Shown: in pieces, positions 41,100 through 50,610 of the stretch
Layout: every line of letters begins with the position of its first letter
Position numbering within the stretch: the first letter of the stretch is position 1
From: Candidatus Omnitrophota bacterium
Lineage (GTDB): Bacteria > Omnitrophota > Gorgyraeia > Gygaellales > Profunditerraquicolaceae
Assembly: GCA_026387355.1 (NCBI GenBank)
Contig: JAPLLW010000006.1
Location: 23,362-87,361, forward strand
Reading direction: 5' to 3'
DNA length: 64,000 nucleotides
Made by a program: the position numbers and the translations under genes
The notes under the pieces: model-generated
Told to the model about the DNA's origin: nothing
Databases searched by the model: none
What the model saw: only the letters and a program-made list of their open reading frames with translations

Positions 41100-42162
41100 G
41101 TTATATATTGCGGCAATGGTCTTGTTTCTGGCAGCGTTTGTTAACCCTTGCGTTAAACTTGGGGCTGAGGAGGAATCTAATATGAATAACCCTTTTGGGG
41201 TGCTGGAATTTCTACATTGGAATCATTCCTGGAATAGTTATAAATATGCATGCGTAGGAGATTGGGATAAAGCCGTTAAATTAATGAAAGAAGCAGGTGT
41301 TGGCTGGGTAAGGATGGATTTTCTGTGGCAGGATATCGAGCCTTCAGAGGGAGAGTTTGATTTTGATAAATACGATCAGATTGTAGAGCTGCTTAATGAA
41401 AACAATATTCAAATACTTGGGTTGCTTAATTATAGCGCAAGCTGGGCTTCTGCTAGTAAAGATTGGAATTGCCCGCCGCAGAATAACGAAGTTTTTGTTA
41501 AATATGCCGTGAAAGTAATCAAGCGTTATAAGGGGAAGGTTAATTACTGGGAGGTTTGGAACGAGCCGGATTCAGCTGTTTACTGGTCTAACCAGGATGG
41601 CCTGAAGAGTTATTGTAGTTTGCTTAAAGATGTTTATATCGCGGCTAAAAAAGTTAACCCGGATTGTAAGATTCTAAATGGTGGATTGGCTCATGGCTTA
41701 AGTAGTATAAACAGGCTTTACGATAACGGCGCTAAGAATTATTTCGATATTCTTAACCTGCATTTTTTTGAAACGCCTTTACATGAAGGAGGTATTAAGG
41801 CAGTAGTCTCATATCCTAAGTTGGCATATAAGATTATGGTTAAGCATGGGGACAAGGATAAAAAGATCTGGTTTACCGAAATAGGCTGCCCGGGGGTAAA
41901 AAAAGGAAGTAAGGTTAATGAATGGTGGTTAGGCAAAAATCCTACCGAAAAACAGCAGGCGCTTTGGGTAAAAAAAGTTTATACTGAGTTATTGAAGAAT
42001 AAAAGCGTAGAAAAGATATATTGGGCTTTTTTCCGGGATTGCTCAGGCCATTGGGATACAGGGGTAGATTATTTCGGCCTGGTGCGTTGGAATTTTTCTA
42101 AGAAACCTTCCTTTAAAGCCTACAAAGAGTGTTATGAAAAGTGGAGGAGATCTGTTGAATAG
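41086..42162 (+). CDS. Secreted clan GH-A glycoside hydrolase (GH5/GH39-like)
   Basis: Signal peptide, WVRMDF.W..IEP, WEVWNEP, IWFTEIG; ATG 41086 preferred. Confidence 0.8.
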   Translation: MRISKLYIAAMVLFLAAFVNPCVKLGAEEESNMNNPFGVLEFLHWNHSWNSYKYACVGDWDKAVKLMKEAGVGWVRMDFLWQDIEPSEGEFDFDKYDQIVELLNENNIQILGLLNYSASWASASKDWNCPPQNNEVFVKYAVKVIKRYKGKVNYWEVWNEPDSAVYWSNQDGLKSYCSLLKDVYIAAKKVNPDCKILNGGLAHGLSSINRLYDNGAKNYFDILNLHFFETPLHEGGIKAVVSYPKLAYKIMVKHGDKDKKIWFTEIGCPGVKKGSKVNEWWLGKNPTEKQQALWVKKVYTELLKNKSVEKIYWAFFRDCSGHWDTGVDYFGLVRWNFSKKPSFKAYKECYEKWRRSVE

Positions 42163-42168
42163 TGTAAT

Positions 42169-42252
42169 TGGTGCGGAAGGAGAGAGTTGAACTCTCAAGG
42201 GTTTCCCCACACGCTTCTGAGACGTGCGCGTATGCCATTCCGCCACTTCCGC
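42169..42252 (-). tRNA. tRNA-Leu(CAG), CCA encoded
   Basis: Cloverleaf GCGGAAG/CTTCCGC, anticodon arm CACGT-CTCAGAA-GCGTG, long variable arm. Confidence 0.95.
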
Positions 42253-42265
42253 GTTTAGCTTTTGT

Positions 42266-42334
42266 AGTATATCCTACCTCTCTCTATATGTCAAATATAA
42301 AAGAATTGCCGAGGCTTAATTTTGCTGTTATAAT
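42266..42334. promoter_or_regulatory. Divergent promoters: tRNA-Leu (-, TTGACA-17-TATACT, 42266-42294) and AEC/smpB operon (+, TTGCCG-17-TATAAT, 42306-42334)
   Basis: Direct reading of hexamers with 17-bp spacers. Confidence 0.65.
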
Positions 42335-42364
42335 ATAAGTTCTTAACGTTAAAATGGAGTAACT

Positions 42365-43321
42365 ATGTTTTTAGAACATTTCAGGGTTACAGGAGTTGCT
42401 GTTGCCCAGATTTTTATTCTGGCCTCGCTTGGTTTTTTCTTAGTCAAGCGTAAGTTTCTATCCCCAGAGGGTTTAGATGGATTAAGCAAGCTGGTAATGG
42501 ACGTTACTTTGCCTCTACTTATTTTTTGCCAATTAATGCAGGATTTTTCTTTTAAATCATATTCAAACTGGTGGATTTTCCCATTAATAAGTATTGGTGT
42601 AACAGCTTTAGGGCTATTAGTTGGTTTTTTATTCTCTGTTTTTGTGAAAGGAGAGCAAAAAAAACTACAGTTTTTAAGCCTAGTGGGGTTTCAGAATTCC
42701 GGGTACCTGCCGCTTGCTTTGGTAGCGGCTTTACTATCCGGTGAAGAATTAAGTGCTATGTTTATTTATATATTTTTGTTTCTTACGGGGTTTAATTTAA
42801 TTATGTTCTCCGTCGGTGTATTCTTGCTTGATTTTCATGACAAGAAGAAATTTGACTGGCGTTCGCTTTTTAGTATGCCCGTGGTAGCAACTTTATTAAG
42901 TCTGATCATTGTATTTTTAGGTATGAATAAATTTATCCCGCAGGATTTCCTTAAGCCGCTACGCATGTTAGGGGAATCTACGCTTCCGCTTGCCCTGTTG
43001 GTAGTTGGGGCTAATTTAGCGGAAATTTGCTTTAAGTGCATTGATAAAAAGATAATGTCGCTATTGATTTTGGCTAAAATGATTATTCTTCCGGCTATCG
43101 GCTTAGGATTGATTCTTGTCTTTGCAGTCCCAAAATTAATCGGACTTCTCATACTTATTCAATTAGCTATGCCTTCAGCAGTAACATTATCGGTAATCTT
43201 ACGCAATTACAAAAGAGAGGATCTTTTAGTTAGTCAGGGGATCTTTTTGACGCATCTGTTTAGCGTGCTTATTCTTCCGGCATTTTTGATTTTATATTTT
43301 AGCCGGATTGTGCTAAAATGA
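42365..43321 (+). CDS. AEC (auxin efflux carrier/PIN-like) family transporter
   Basis: About 10 TMs, P.LIF, N.GYLPL, P.ALL.VG, AMPSA. Confidence 0.85.
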   Translation: MFLEHFRVTGVAVAQIFILASLGFFLVKRKFLSPEGLDGLSKLVMDVTLPLLIFCQLMQDFSFKSYSNWWIFPLISIGVTALGLLVGFLFSVFVKGEQKKLQFLSLVGFQNSGYLPLALVAALLSGEELSAMFIYIFLFLTGFNLIMFSVGVFLLDFHDKKKFDWRSLFSMPVVATLLSLIIVFLGMNKFIPQDFLKPLRMLGESTLPLALLVVGANLAEICFKCIDKKIMSLLILAKMIILPAIGLGLILVFAVPKLIGLLILIQLAMPSAVTLSVILRNYKREDLLVSQGIFLTHLFSVLILPAFLILYFSRIVLK

Positions 43322-43770
43322 GTAAAGTTATTGCTACCAATCATAAGGGCTACAGAGATTATGCAGTTATTGAAAGCCTTGAGTGCGGGATAGAGCTTAG
43401 GGGGTCTGAGGTTAAGTCTATTCGCGCAGGCCATGTTAACTTAAGTGATAGTTTTGCCAGGCCCGAAGGCAGCGCTTTAGTTTTATATAACACGCATATA
43501 AATCCTTATACTGAAGCTAGTTATCTTAATGTTGAGTCGACGCGTCCTAGAAAGCTGCTTCTACATAAAGGTCAGATAGAGAAAATAAGCGGGAGTCTGC
43601 AGCAAAAAGGACTGACGCTTATCCCACTTAAAGTCTATTTTAACGATCGGGGATTAGTGAAGATTGAACTCGCTCTTTGTAAGGGTAAGAGGCAATATGA
43701 CAAGAGAGAGGATATAAAGAAGCGAGAATCTGATTTAGTAATGCGCAGGATGTTGAAAAACAGGAGATAG
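43318..43770 (+). CDS. smpB: SsrA-binding protein
   Basis: E.GIEL.GSEVKS.R, RKLLLH, GK..YDKRE. Confidence 0.96.
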   Translation: MSKVIATNHKGYRDYAVIESLECGIELRGSEVKSIRAGHVNLSDSFARPEGSALVLYNTHINPYTEASYLNVESTRPRKLLLHKGQIEKISGSLQQKGLTLIPLKVYFNDRGLVKIELALCKGKRQYDKREDIKKRESDLVMRRMLKNRR

Positions 43771-43775
43771 CAATA

Positions 43776-44199
43776 GGGGGTGAATTGGTCTCGACTTAGG
43801 GGGTCGGGTAAGAGCAGCATGTCGCGGACGCATGGTTAGCCGCGTTAATAACCCGTGCACAATACAAACGCAAACAACCGTTTGTTCAATGTCAATTCGG
43901 CAATGCCGGTGACGCCAGCAATGGCGAAACCAATGGCAATGCCGTTTGGCATGATGCCAGCCTTCGGTAACTAATTTACCGAAGCCATCCTTCGTCTAGC
44001 CTACGAGACGAAAGGGTGCACTAGTAGGATAGTCCTTGCAAGTTAGCCTTTGAGGCCGGGGCAAAAATTTAAAAGGCTGCGTCTTAAACAATCATGTTTA
44101 CCGGAGTGTTTAAGATTAAGTTTAAAAGGTAGACTAAACATGTAGCGGCTTTTATTCGGTTACTTAAGGACGCCGGTTCGATTCCGGCCACCTCCACCA
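43776..44199 (+). ncRNA. ssrA: tmRNA (424 nt), tag reading frame 43870-43974
   Basis: 5' GGGGGTG...TCGAC, 3' GCCGGTTCGATTCCGGC CACCTCC ACCA with G3:U70; follows smpB. Confidence 0.93.
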
Positions 44200-44208
44200 A
44201 AAATAAAA

Positions 44209-45027
44209 ATGCAAAGAATTAAACAGATTATCTTAATAATATTCTTAATTTCTCTAAATGGTTGCGTTATCGTTCCCATAAAGGAGCAGAAGATATCAAC
44301 TGTAAGAAAATGCTCTTTCCCTATTTCAACTAAAATAAAGAAGGTAGTTATCGACGCAGGTCACGGAGGTAATGACCCGGGGGCAATAGGTAGGACAGGA
44401 TTAAGAGAGAAGGATGTAAATTTAGATATCGCTAAGAGGTTGGCTGCGTTACTTAAGTCAGAAGGTGTTGAGGTAGTTTTAACCCGCAGTTCGGATAGGT
44501 ACATCCCTCTTGATACCAGGGTGCAGATAACCAATAACTCCAAAGCGGATCTTTTTATAAGCGTTCACTCTAATGCTAATCGTTCAAGAAGTATGAATGG
44601 TTTTGAGATTTATTATGTGGCTACTAGCGTTAGCGATTCTACGCGGGCAATGATTGCTGCTAGAAGTTCAAGTTTAAATCTGGAGAACGCTGATTTTGCC
44701 AGCCATTCACTTGCTCTGAAAGCCATGCTTTGGGATATGATTTATACCTATGATCGCGCAGAATCAATATATCTTGGCCGTAGCATTTGTAGGTCTATCG
44801 GAGACAATCTTGATGTCAGGGTTATAGGGGTTAAAAACGCGCGTTATGTAGTTTTGCGCGGAGCAAGGATGCCTGCGATATTAATTGAAGTAGGTTTTTT
44901 ATCTAACTCTCAAGAAGAGCGTATGCTTAGGAATGCAGCTTATCGCGCAAAGATAGCTCAGGGTATACTGTACGGGATTAGTAATTATGCTCAAGGATTA
45001 GCTCTAGCGGAGGTTACTAAAAGATGA
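44209..45027 (+). CDS. N-acetylmuramoyl-L-alanine amidase (Amidase_3), lipoprotein
   Basis: LNGC lipobox, IDAGHGG.DPGA, EK, SVHSN, LIEVGF. Confidence 0.9.
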   Translation: MQRIKQIILIIFLISLNGCVIVPIKEQKISTVRKCSFPISTKIKKVVIDAGHGGNDPGAIGRTGLREKDVNLDIAKRLAALLKSEGVEVVLTRSSDRYIPLDTRVQITNNSKADLFISVHSNANRSRSMNGFEIYYVATSVSDSTRAMIAARSSSLNLENADFASHSLALKAMLWDMIYTYDRAESIYLGRSICRSIGDNLDVRVIGVKNARYVVLRGARMPAILIEVGFLSNSQEERMLRNAAYRAKIAQGILYGISNYAQGLALAEVTKR

Positions 45028-45815
45028 GACCGATAGGAGTATTTGATTCCGGGGTAGGAGGGTTAACTGTAGTTAAGGAACTAATCCGTCAACTTCCCAA
45101 TGAGGATATAGTTTACTTTGGGGATACGGCACGCGTTCCCTATGGAATCAAGTCAAAGGAAACAGTAATCCGTTTTTCCATTGAGAACATACTTTTTTTA
45201 CTTAAGCATGATGTAAAATTTATCTGCATTGCCTGTAACACAGTCTCAAGCTATGCCTTGCCTGAGATTAAGAATCATTTCAAGGTTCCAATAGTCGGAG
45301 TAATTAGCCCCGGCGCAAGAGAGGCTGTTTATGCCACTCAAAATAAGCGCATAGGGGTTATTGGTACTAAGGGGACAATTAAAAGTCGTGCTTATGAGCT
45401 TGAGATTAAGCAGCTTGATCCTAAGGTTAAGGTAACTGCAGTTGCCTGTCCCTTGTTTGTTCCTTTTGTTGAAGAGGGTTGGCTTAGCGGAGAGGTTGTT
45501 TCAACCGTTGCGAAAGAATATTTACAACCTCTTAAAGATGCAAAGGTAGATACAGTTATTTTAGGCTGCACGCATTATCCTCTACTTAAGCCGGTAATTA
45601 AGAGAGTAATGGGTAAAGATGTAAAGCTTATAGATTCGGCAAAACAAGTAGCCATTGAAGTAAATAAAATCTTAGCTAGTGAAAACCTTTTGAATAAAAA
45701 GGGCAGGGGGAGGACTGATTTCTTTGTCAGCGATAATCCTGAATGGTTTAGCAATTTAGCCGGAAGGTTTCTCGGAAGACCTACAAAAAATGTAAAGAAG
45801 GTGAATAATGTTTAA
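45024..45815 (+). CDS. murI: Glutamate racemase
   Basis: FDSGVGG, ACNT, LGCTHYP. Confidence 0.96.
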   Translation: MRPIGVFDSGVGGLTVVKELIRQLPNEDIVYFGDTARVPYGIKSKETVIRFSIENILFLLKHDVKFICIACNTVSSYALPEIKNHFKVPIVGVISPGAREAVYATQNKRIGVIGTKGTIKSRAYELEIKQLDPKVKVTAVACPLFVPFVEEGWLSGEVVSTVAKEYLQPLKDAKVDTVILGCTHYPLLKPVIKRVMGKDVKLIDSAKQVAIEVNKILASENLLNKKGRGRTDFFVSDNPEWFSNLAGRFLGRPTKNVKKVNNV

Positions 45816-46167
45816 GATTAAGGTTGAGGCGACTTTTAGCGCAGCGCATAATTTAAGAGGCTATAAAGGTAAGTGCGAAGATCTACACGGGCACAATTGG
45901 AAGGTAGAGGTAGTTGTGGCAAATAATAAATTGGATAAGATCGGGATGGTTATGGATTTTAAGCTTTTAAAAAGAAAGTTATCCAGGTTATTAGAAAGAT
46001 TGGATCATAAGTATTTGAACAACGTTGTTTATTTTAAGAAAGTCAATCCTACCTCAGAGAATATGGCCAAATATATTTATGACAGTCTTAAACCGGAGAT
46101 TGCGGCTATCTATTCTGTAACTGTTTGGGAGTCGGACAACTCTTGCGCTACTTATTATGCCGAATAA
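45808..46167 (+). CDS. queD: 6-carboxytetrahydropterin synthase
   Basis: FSAAH, C..LHGH, PTSEN, WES. Confidence 0.92.
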   Translation: MFKIKVEATFSAAHNLRGYKGKCEDLHGHNWKVEVVVANNKLDKIGMVMDFKLLKRKLSRLLERLDHKYLNNVVYFKKVNPTSENMAKYIYDSLKPEIAAIYSVTVWESDNSCATYYAE

Positions 46168-46834
46168 AAGATTGAAAGCATCGGGTAAGAAAGCAGTTAT
46201 TCTTTTGTCCGGGGGGCTTGATTCCGCAGTAGCTCTATATTTTGCAAAGAAACAAGGGTTTAAATGTCACTGTTTAGTTTTTGATTATCATCAGCGGCAT
46301 CGGCGTGAGATTAAAAGCGCAAGGGCAGTTGCTGAATCCGCAGGCTCTCCAATCGAAATATTGAAGATACACCTGCCGGCTAAAGGCTCAAGCCTATTAG
46401 ATGCTAACTTACGACTTACAACTTACGACTTACGACTAAAGGGTATTCCGGCTACCTATGTTCCAGGCAGGAATATTATATTCTTAAGTTTTGCATTATC
46501 GTTCGCTGAGACAGAAAAGGCTTCTGCTATATTTATCGGAGCGCACGCACAGGATTATTCCGGATATCCTGATTGTAGGCCTGATTTTTATCGTGATTTT
46601 AGGCGCGTTGCTAAATCCGGGACTAAGGTAGGCGTAGAAGGTAGGCCTATAGAGATATGTACGCCGTTGATTCATAAGACAAAGGCGCAGATTATTAAAA
46701 TGGGCAAGAGGTTGGGGGTTCCTTTTGCATTAACCTGGTCATGTTATAGGGGCGCAAGAGTTCCTTGCGGCAAGTGCGATAGTTGCTATTACCGTATAAA
46801 AGGTTTTAAGGAAGCGGGAATAAAAGATATATGA
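46157..46834 (+). CDS. queC: 7-cyano-7-deazaguanine synthase
   Basis: SGGLDS, TYVPGRN, YPDCR, SCY..C..CDSC. Confidence 0.95.
   Translation: MPNKRLKASGKKAVILLSGGLDSAVALYFAKKQGFKCHCLVFDYHQRHRREIKSARAVAESAGSPIEILKIHLPAKGSSLLDANLRLTTYDLRLKGIPATYVPGRNIIFLSFALSFAETEKASAIFIGAHAQDYSGYPDCRPDFYRDFRRVAKSGTKVGVEGRPIEICTPLIHKTKAQIIKMGKRLGVPFALTWSCYRGARVPCGKCDSCYYRIKGFKEAGIKDI
46407..46437 (+). repeat. ACTTAC(G/A) heptamer tandem repeat inside queC
   Basis: acttacg acttaca acttacg acttacg act. Confidence 0.85.
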
Positions 46835-47502
46835 GAGGAATGATTTCAGAAGTTTTTGATAGCATTCAGGGTGAAGGCCTGTACATGGGCGAGAAGCAGA
46901 TCTTTGTGCGTTTTTATGGCTGTAACCTGAAGTGCAAGTTTTGCGATACTAAATTAAATAGCTTTATGGAATATGAGCCGGATGAATTGTTTAATGAGAT
47001 TATGATGTATCGCGATAAGTACCATTCCATCTCTTTTACCGGAGGCGAGCCGTTGTTGCAGAGTCATTTCTTGAAAGAGATTTTAGAATTAACCCACAAG
47101 AATGATCATATAAATTATCTGGAGACTAATGGAACTCTGTATCATGAATTAAAGAACGTTATAGATTATATACATATCGTAGCCATGGATATTAAGTTGC
47201 CAAGTTCAACGGGACTGGATAATTTTTGGGAGTCGCATCGGCATTTTATGGAGATTGCTAGCCGCCGGGAAGTTTTTATAAAAACCATAATCTCGCGTTC
47301 TACGCAAGCAGATGAATTAAGAACGGCTTTAAGATTAATCCGCGAGGTAGCCAAAGGTGCAATTTTAGTTTTACAGCCGGATAGCTCAGAAGATAAGGTT
47401 TATCTACACGATAAACTGGAGACCTTTAGGGAATTAGCCAGAAAAGAGAGAGTGACTGCTTGCGTGGTTGAGCAGATGCATAAAGTGATAGGAGTAAAAT
47501 GA
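46831..47502 (+). CDS. queE: 7-carboxy-7-deazaguanine synthase (radical SAM)
   Basis: SIQGEG, CNLKCKFCDT, TGGEP, ETNG. Confidence 0.9.
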   Translation: MRGMISEVFDSIQGEGLYMGEKQIFVRFYGCNLKCKFCDTKLNSFMEYEPDELFNEIMMYRDKYHSISFTGGEPLLQSHFLKEILELTHKNDHINYLETNGTLYHELKNVIDYIHIVAMDIKLPSSTGLDNFWESHRHFMEIASRREVFIKTIISRSTQADELRTALRLIREVAKGAILVLQPDSSEDKVYLHDKLETFRELARKERVTACVVEQMHKVIGVK

Positions 47503-47894
47503 AGAATAAGGATAGTTATGAAGGATTGCAGGGGGATATTAGAAAGCTAAAAACTCCGAAGATTGAAGTTTGGAAGAATCAATATCCGGATAAGATTTAT
47601 ACTATTAATATAGACATTGCGGAGTTTACCTGTATCTGTCCAAAGACGGGCTTGCCGGATTTTGCTTTTATAAAGATTGAGTATTCTCCGGATCTTTATT
47701 GCGTTGAGCTCAAATCGCTTAAAATGTACACCATATTTTACCGCGATATCGGGATCTTCCATGAGCATTTAACGAATAAGATGCTTGATGATTTTGTAAA
47801 TGCGTGTAAGCCGCGTTGGGCCAAGATTATAGTCGAGTTTAACCCCAGGGGCGGGATAAAAACAATAGTAACAAGAGAGTATAAAAGGCAATGA
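47499..47894 (+). CDS. queF: preQ1 synthase (unimodular QueF)
   Basis: EFT..CPKTGLPDF, ELKSLK, FHE, RGG. Confidence 0.93.
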   Translation: MKNKDSYEGLQGDIRKLKTPKIEVWKNQYPDKIYTINIDIAEFTCICPKTGLPDFAFIKIEYSPDLYCVELKSLKMYTIFYRDIGIFHEHLTNKMLDDFVNACKPRWAKIIVEFNPRGGIKTIVTREYKRQ

Positions 47895-48712
47895 AAGTAA
47901 TCAAAGCAGAAAAGATTACAAAAGTTGTTTCGGATTTATGCGTAAAGGCTAATTGCGTATTAAGAAAAGATGTCTTGCGCAAGATTAGGGCAGCGTATCT
48001 TAGCGAGAAGAATAAAAAGGCAAAAGCAGCGCTTTTAGCAATTATAAATAACGCACAGATAGCACAGAAAGAAAAGTTAGCTATTTGTCAGGATACGGGT
48101 TTGCCGTTTGTCTTTATTGAAATGGGCCAGGGCGTAAAAATTATCGGTAATCTTAAGCAAGCAGTTATTAGGGGAATTGCGCAGGGATACAAAAAGGGCA
48201 ATTTTAGGGAGTCAATAGTTAGCCATCCTTTAAAAAGAGGAAAGTCTCATTATAGCGGCGCAGTTATAAATACTGATATTGTTACTGGCAATAGCCTGAA
48301 AATAACCGTGCTGCCAAAAGGTTTTGGTTGCGAGAATAAATCCCAAATTAAAATGTTTAATCCCACGGCTAGCAGTGGTGAGATAAAGAAATTTATTATT
48401 GAAGTAGTTAAGTCTGCGGGTGCAGATGCCTGTCCGCCTTATGTAGTGGGAGTAGGGATCGGGGGGACTGCCGATTATGCGTCCTTATTGGCTAAGAAGG
48501 CTTTAATAAATAAACTTACGACTTACAACTTACGACTTACAACTGATCTGTTAAAAGGAATTAATAATCTTAATATCGGGCCAATGGGTTTAGGCGGGAA
48601 GGCAACCTGTTTAGCGGTTAATATTGAGCATTATCCAACGCATATCGCAGGGCTCCCTGTTGCAGTTAATATAAGCTGCCATGCTTTACGCAGCGCAAGC
48701 GCAAAATTATGA
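47891..48712 (+). CDS. Class I fumarate/tartrate hydratase alpha subunit
   Basis: ICQDTG, KGFGCEN, ACPP, GIGGT, CHA.R. Confidence 0.9.
   Translation: MKVIKAEKITKVVSDLCVKANCVLRKDVLRKIRAAYLSEKNKKAKAALLAIINNAQIAQKEKLAICQDTGLPFVFIEMGQGVKIIGNLKQAVIRGIAQGYKKGNFRESIVSHPLKRGKSHYSGAVINTDIVTGNSLKITVLPKGFGCENKSQIKMFNPTASSGEIKKFIIEVVKSAGADACPPYVVGVGIGGTADYASLLAKKALINKLTTYNLRLTTDLLKGINNLNIGPMGLGGKATCLAVNIEHYPTHIAGLPVAVNISCHALRSASAKL
48514..48544 (+). repeat. ACTTAC(G/A) heptamer tandem repeat inside the fumarase alpha gene
   Basis: acttacg acttaca acttacg acttaca act. Confidence 0.85.
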
Positions 48713-49230
48713 AAACAATAAAGACACCCTTAAACGAGAAAGATATCCTAAATTTAAAAATGGGTGAGGTAGTCATTTTGAGTGGCGAGATTTATATTGC
48801 TCGAGACCAGGCGCATAAAAGGATGTTTGAGGTAATTAAAAAAGGCAAGAAGCTCCCATTCGATATTAGAAATCAGATAATTTATTATTGCGGTCCTACT
48901 AAAACGCCAAAAGGCAAAATAATTGGTTCGTGTGGACCAACTACCAGTTTACGCATGGATGAATTTACTCCTGCTTTGCTTAAGAAAGGTTTAAGGTTGA
49001 TGATCGGAAAGGGAGATCGTTCAAAAGAAGTAAAAAAGGCAATCAGGAAGTTTAGGGCGGCATACTTGTTAGCGCCTGCCGGATGCGGAGCGCTTATCTC
49101 TAAATATGTAAGAAAAGCTAAACCGGTTGCTTATAGTGATCTAGGCCCGGAACAAATCCTAAAATTAGAAGTAAAAGATTTTCCGTTAATTGTAGGAATA
49201 GATAGTAAAGGGAGGAATATTTATGGTTAG
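48709..49230 (+). CDS. Class I fumarate/tartrate hydratase beta subunit
   Basis: ARDQAH, GPTTS.RM, IGKG, DLGPE. Confidence 0.9.
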   Translation: MKTIKTPLNEKDILNLKMGEVVILSGEIYIARDQAHKRMFEVIKKGKKLPFDIRNQIIYYCGPTKTPKGKIIGSCGPTTSLRMDEFTPALLKKGLRLMIGKGDRSKEVKKAIRKFRAAYLLAPAGCGALISKYVRKAKPVAYSDLGPEQILKLEVKDFPLIVGIDSKGRNIYG

Positions 49231-49936
49231 GCTTGATGGTCGGGGTTTAGATAAAATAAGAAGGTTAAATATCATCAGGAATTACATTAAATTTCCTGAA
49301 GGTTCATGCCTTATAGAATTAGGTAATACAAAAGTTATCTGTACTGCTTCGGTTGAGGAGAGTGTTCCGCCTTTTTTGAAAGGTTCAGGTACAGGTTGGG
49401 TGACTGCTGAATACGGGATGCTCCCGCGTTCCTGCAACACGCGTATACCAAGAGGTAAAGATTCCGGGCGCACTTATGAAATCCAGCGCCTGGTTGGTCG
49501 ATCCTTGCGCACGGTTACTAATATGAAAGCTATGGGTGAGCGCAGCATCTGGATTGATTGCGATGTTATACAAGGAGACGGCGGCACGCGTACCGCTGCA
49601 ATTACAGGAAGTTTTGTAGCCCTGGTTGATGCATTTGCCAAGATTAAGAAGTCCGGGTTAATCAAAGAAATCCCGATTAGCGATTATGTTGCTGCTACTA
49701 GCGTGGGTATAGTAAATGGTGAGTTGCTTTTGGATTTGTGTTATGAAGAAGACTCCAAGGCAGAAGTGGATATGAATGTTGTTATGACGGGTAGCGGTGA
49801 ATTTATCGAGGTTCAGGGTACAGCTGAGCGTAAGCCATTCTCTAAAGATAAAATGGATAAAATGCTGGGATTTGCTCAAAAGGGGATAGAGGAATTATTT
49901 AGCGCGCAGCGTAAATTAGTCGGCGATCTCTTATAG
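49223..49936 (+). CDS. rph: Ribonuclease PH
   Basis: [27 protein letters not shown]. Confidence 0.96.
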   Translation: MVRLDGRGLDKIRRLNIIRNYIKFPEGSCLIELGNTKVICTASVEESVPPFLKGSGTGWVTAEYGMLPRSCNTRIPRGKDSGRTYEIQRLVGRSLRTVTNMKAMGERSIWIDCDVIQGDGGTRTAAITGSFVALVDAFAKIKKSGLIKEIPISDYVAATSVGIVNGELLLDLCYEEDSKAEVDMNVVMTGSGEFIEVQGTAERKPFSKDKMDKMLGFAQKGIEELFSAQRKLVGDLL

Positions 49937-49945
49937 GGACACCCT

Positions 49946-49972
49946 TGATAATGGGGTCAGACCCCATTATCA
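49946..49972. repeat. 27-bp palindrome (REP-like)
   Basis: TGATAATGGGGTC-A-GACCCCATTATCA. Confidence 0.85.
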
Positions 49973-49986
49973 GATGCATAAATAAT

Positions 49987-50586
49987 ATGCAGTTAGTTGT
50001 AGCTACGAAGAATAAGAAAAAACTTGAAGAGATAAAAGCTATTTTAAAAGATTTTGATTTAGATATCAGCTCTTTGGCAGATTATAAGAAAACTCCTGTA
50101 ATTATCGAAAACGGTAAGACGTTTAATGAGAATGCTATAAAGAAGGCAGTTAAGATAGCGCGTTTTAGCGGGAAGCTGTCTTTAGGCGAGGATTCCGGTC
50201 TTTGCGTTGATGTTTTACATGGAGCTCCGGGTATTTATTCTGCGCGATTTTCAGGTAAAGGAAAAAGTGATGCACAAAATAATTTAAAATTATTGAGTCT
50301 GCTCGATAAGATTCCGGTTAAAAAGAGAAAAGCTTATTATGTCTGCGCCGTAGCATTAGCTAATAAAGATGGTTTGTTGGGAGTAGTAGAAGGTAAGTGT
50401 TCCGGAAGAATCGGATTTGAATTAAAAGGGGAGTGTGGCTTTGGCTATGACCCTTTATTTATAATACCCAAATATAATAAAACTTTTGCACAATTAGGTG
50501 AGAAGATAAAGCATAAGATGAGCCATCGTTATCATGCCCTAAAAAAAGCCAGGATAATTATTGAGAAATATATTGAGAAAGATTGA
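49987..50586 (+). CDS. rdgB: XTP/dITP diphosphatase
   Basis: ATKN..K, EDSGL, PGIYSAR, FGYDP, SHR; ATG 49987 preferred. Confidence 0.94.
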   Translation: MQLVVATKNKKKLEEIKAILKDFDLDISSLADYKKTPVIIENGKTFNENAIKKAVKIARFSGKLSLGEDSGLCVDVLHGAPGIYSARFSGKGKSDAQNNLKLLSLLDKIPVKKRKAYYVCAVALANKDGLLGVVEGKCSGRIGFELKGECGFGYDPLFIIPKYNKTFAQLGEKIKHKMSHRYHALKKARIIIEKYIEKD

Positions 50587-50610
50587 AGGGTTGATATAAT
50601 CTAAATTTAA

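Noticed and set aside
42043-42246. 67-aa minus-strand ORF, and the 94-aa ORF at 51193-51477
   Set aside because: Both are read-throughs of tRNA genes (tRNA-Leu, tRNA-Arg) and neighbouring CDS ends.
45808-47894. queDCEF as part of a 7-deazaguanine DNA-modification (dpd) defence island
   Set aside because: No dpdA/tgt-like or other dpd genes are nearby, QueF points to tRNA queuosine synthesis, and the context is housekeeping.
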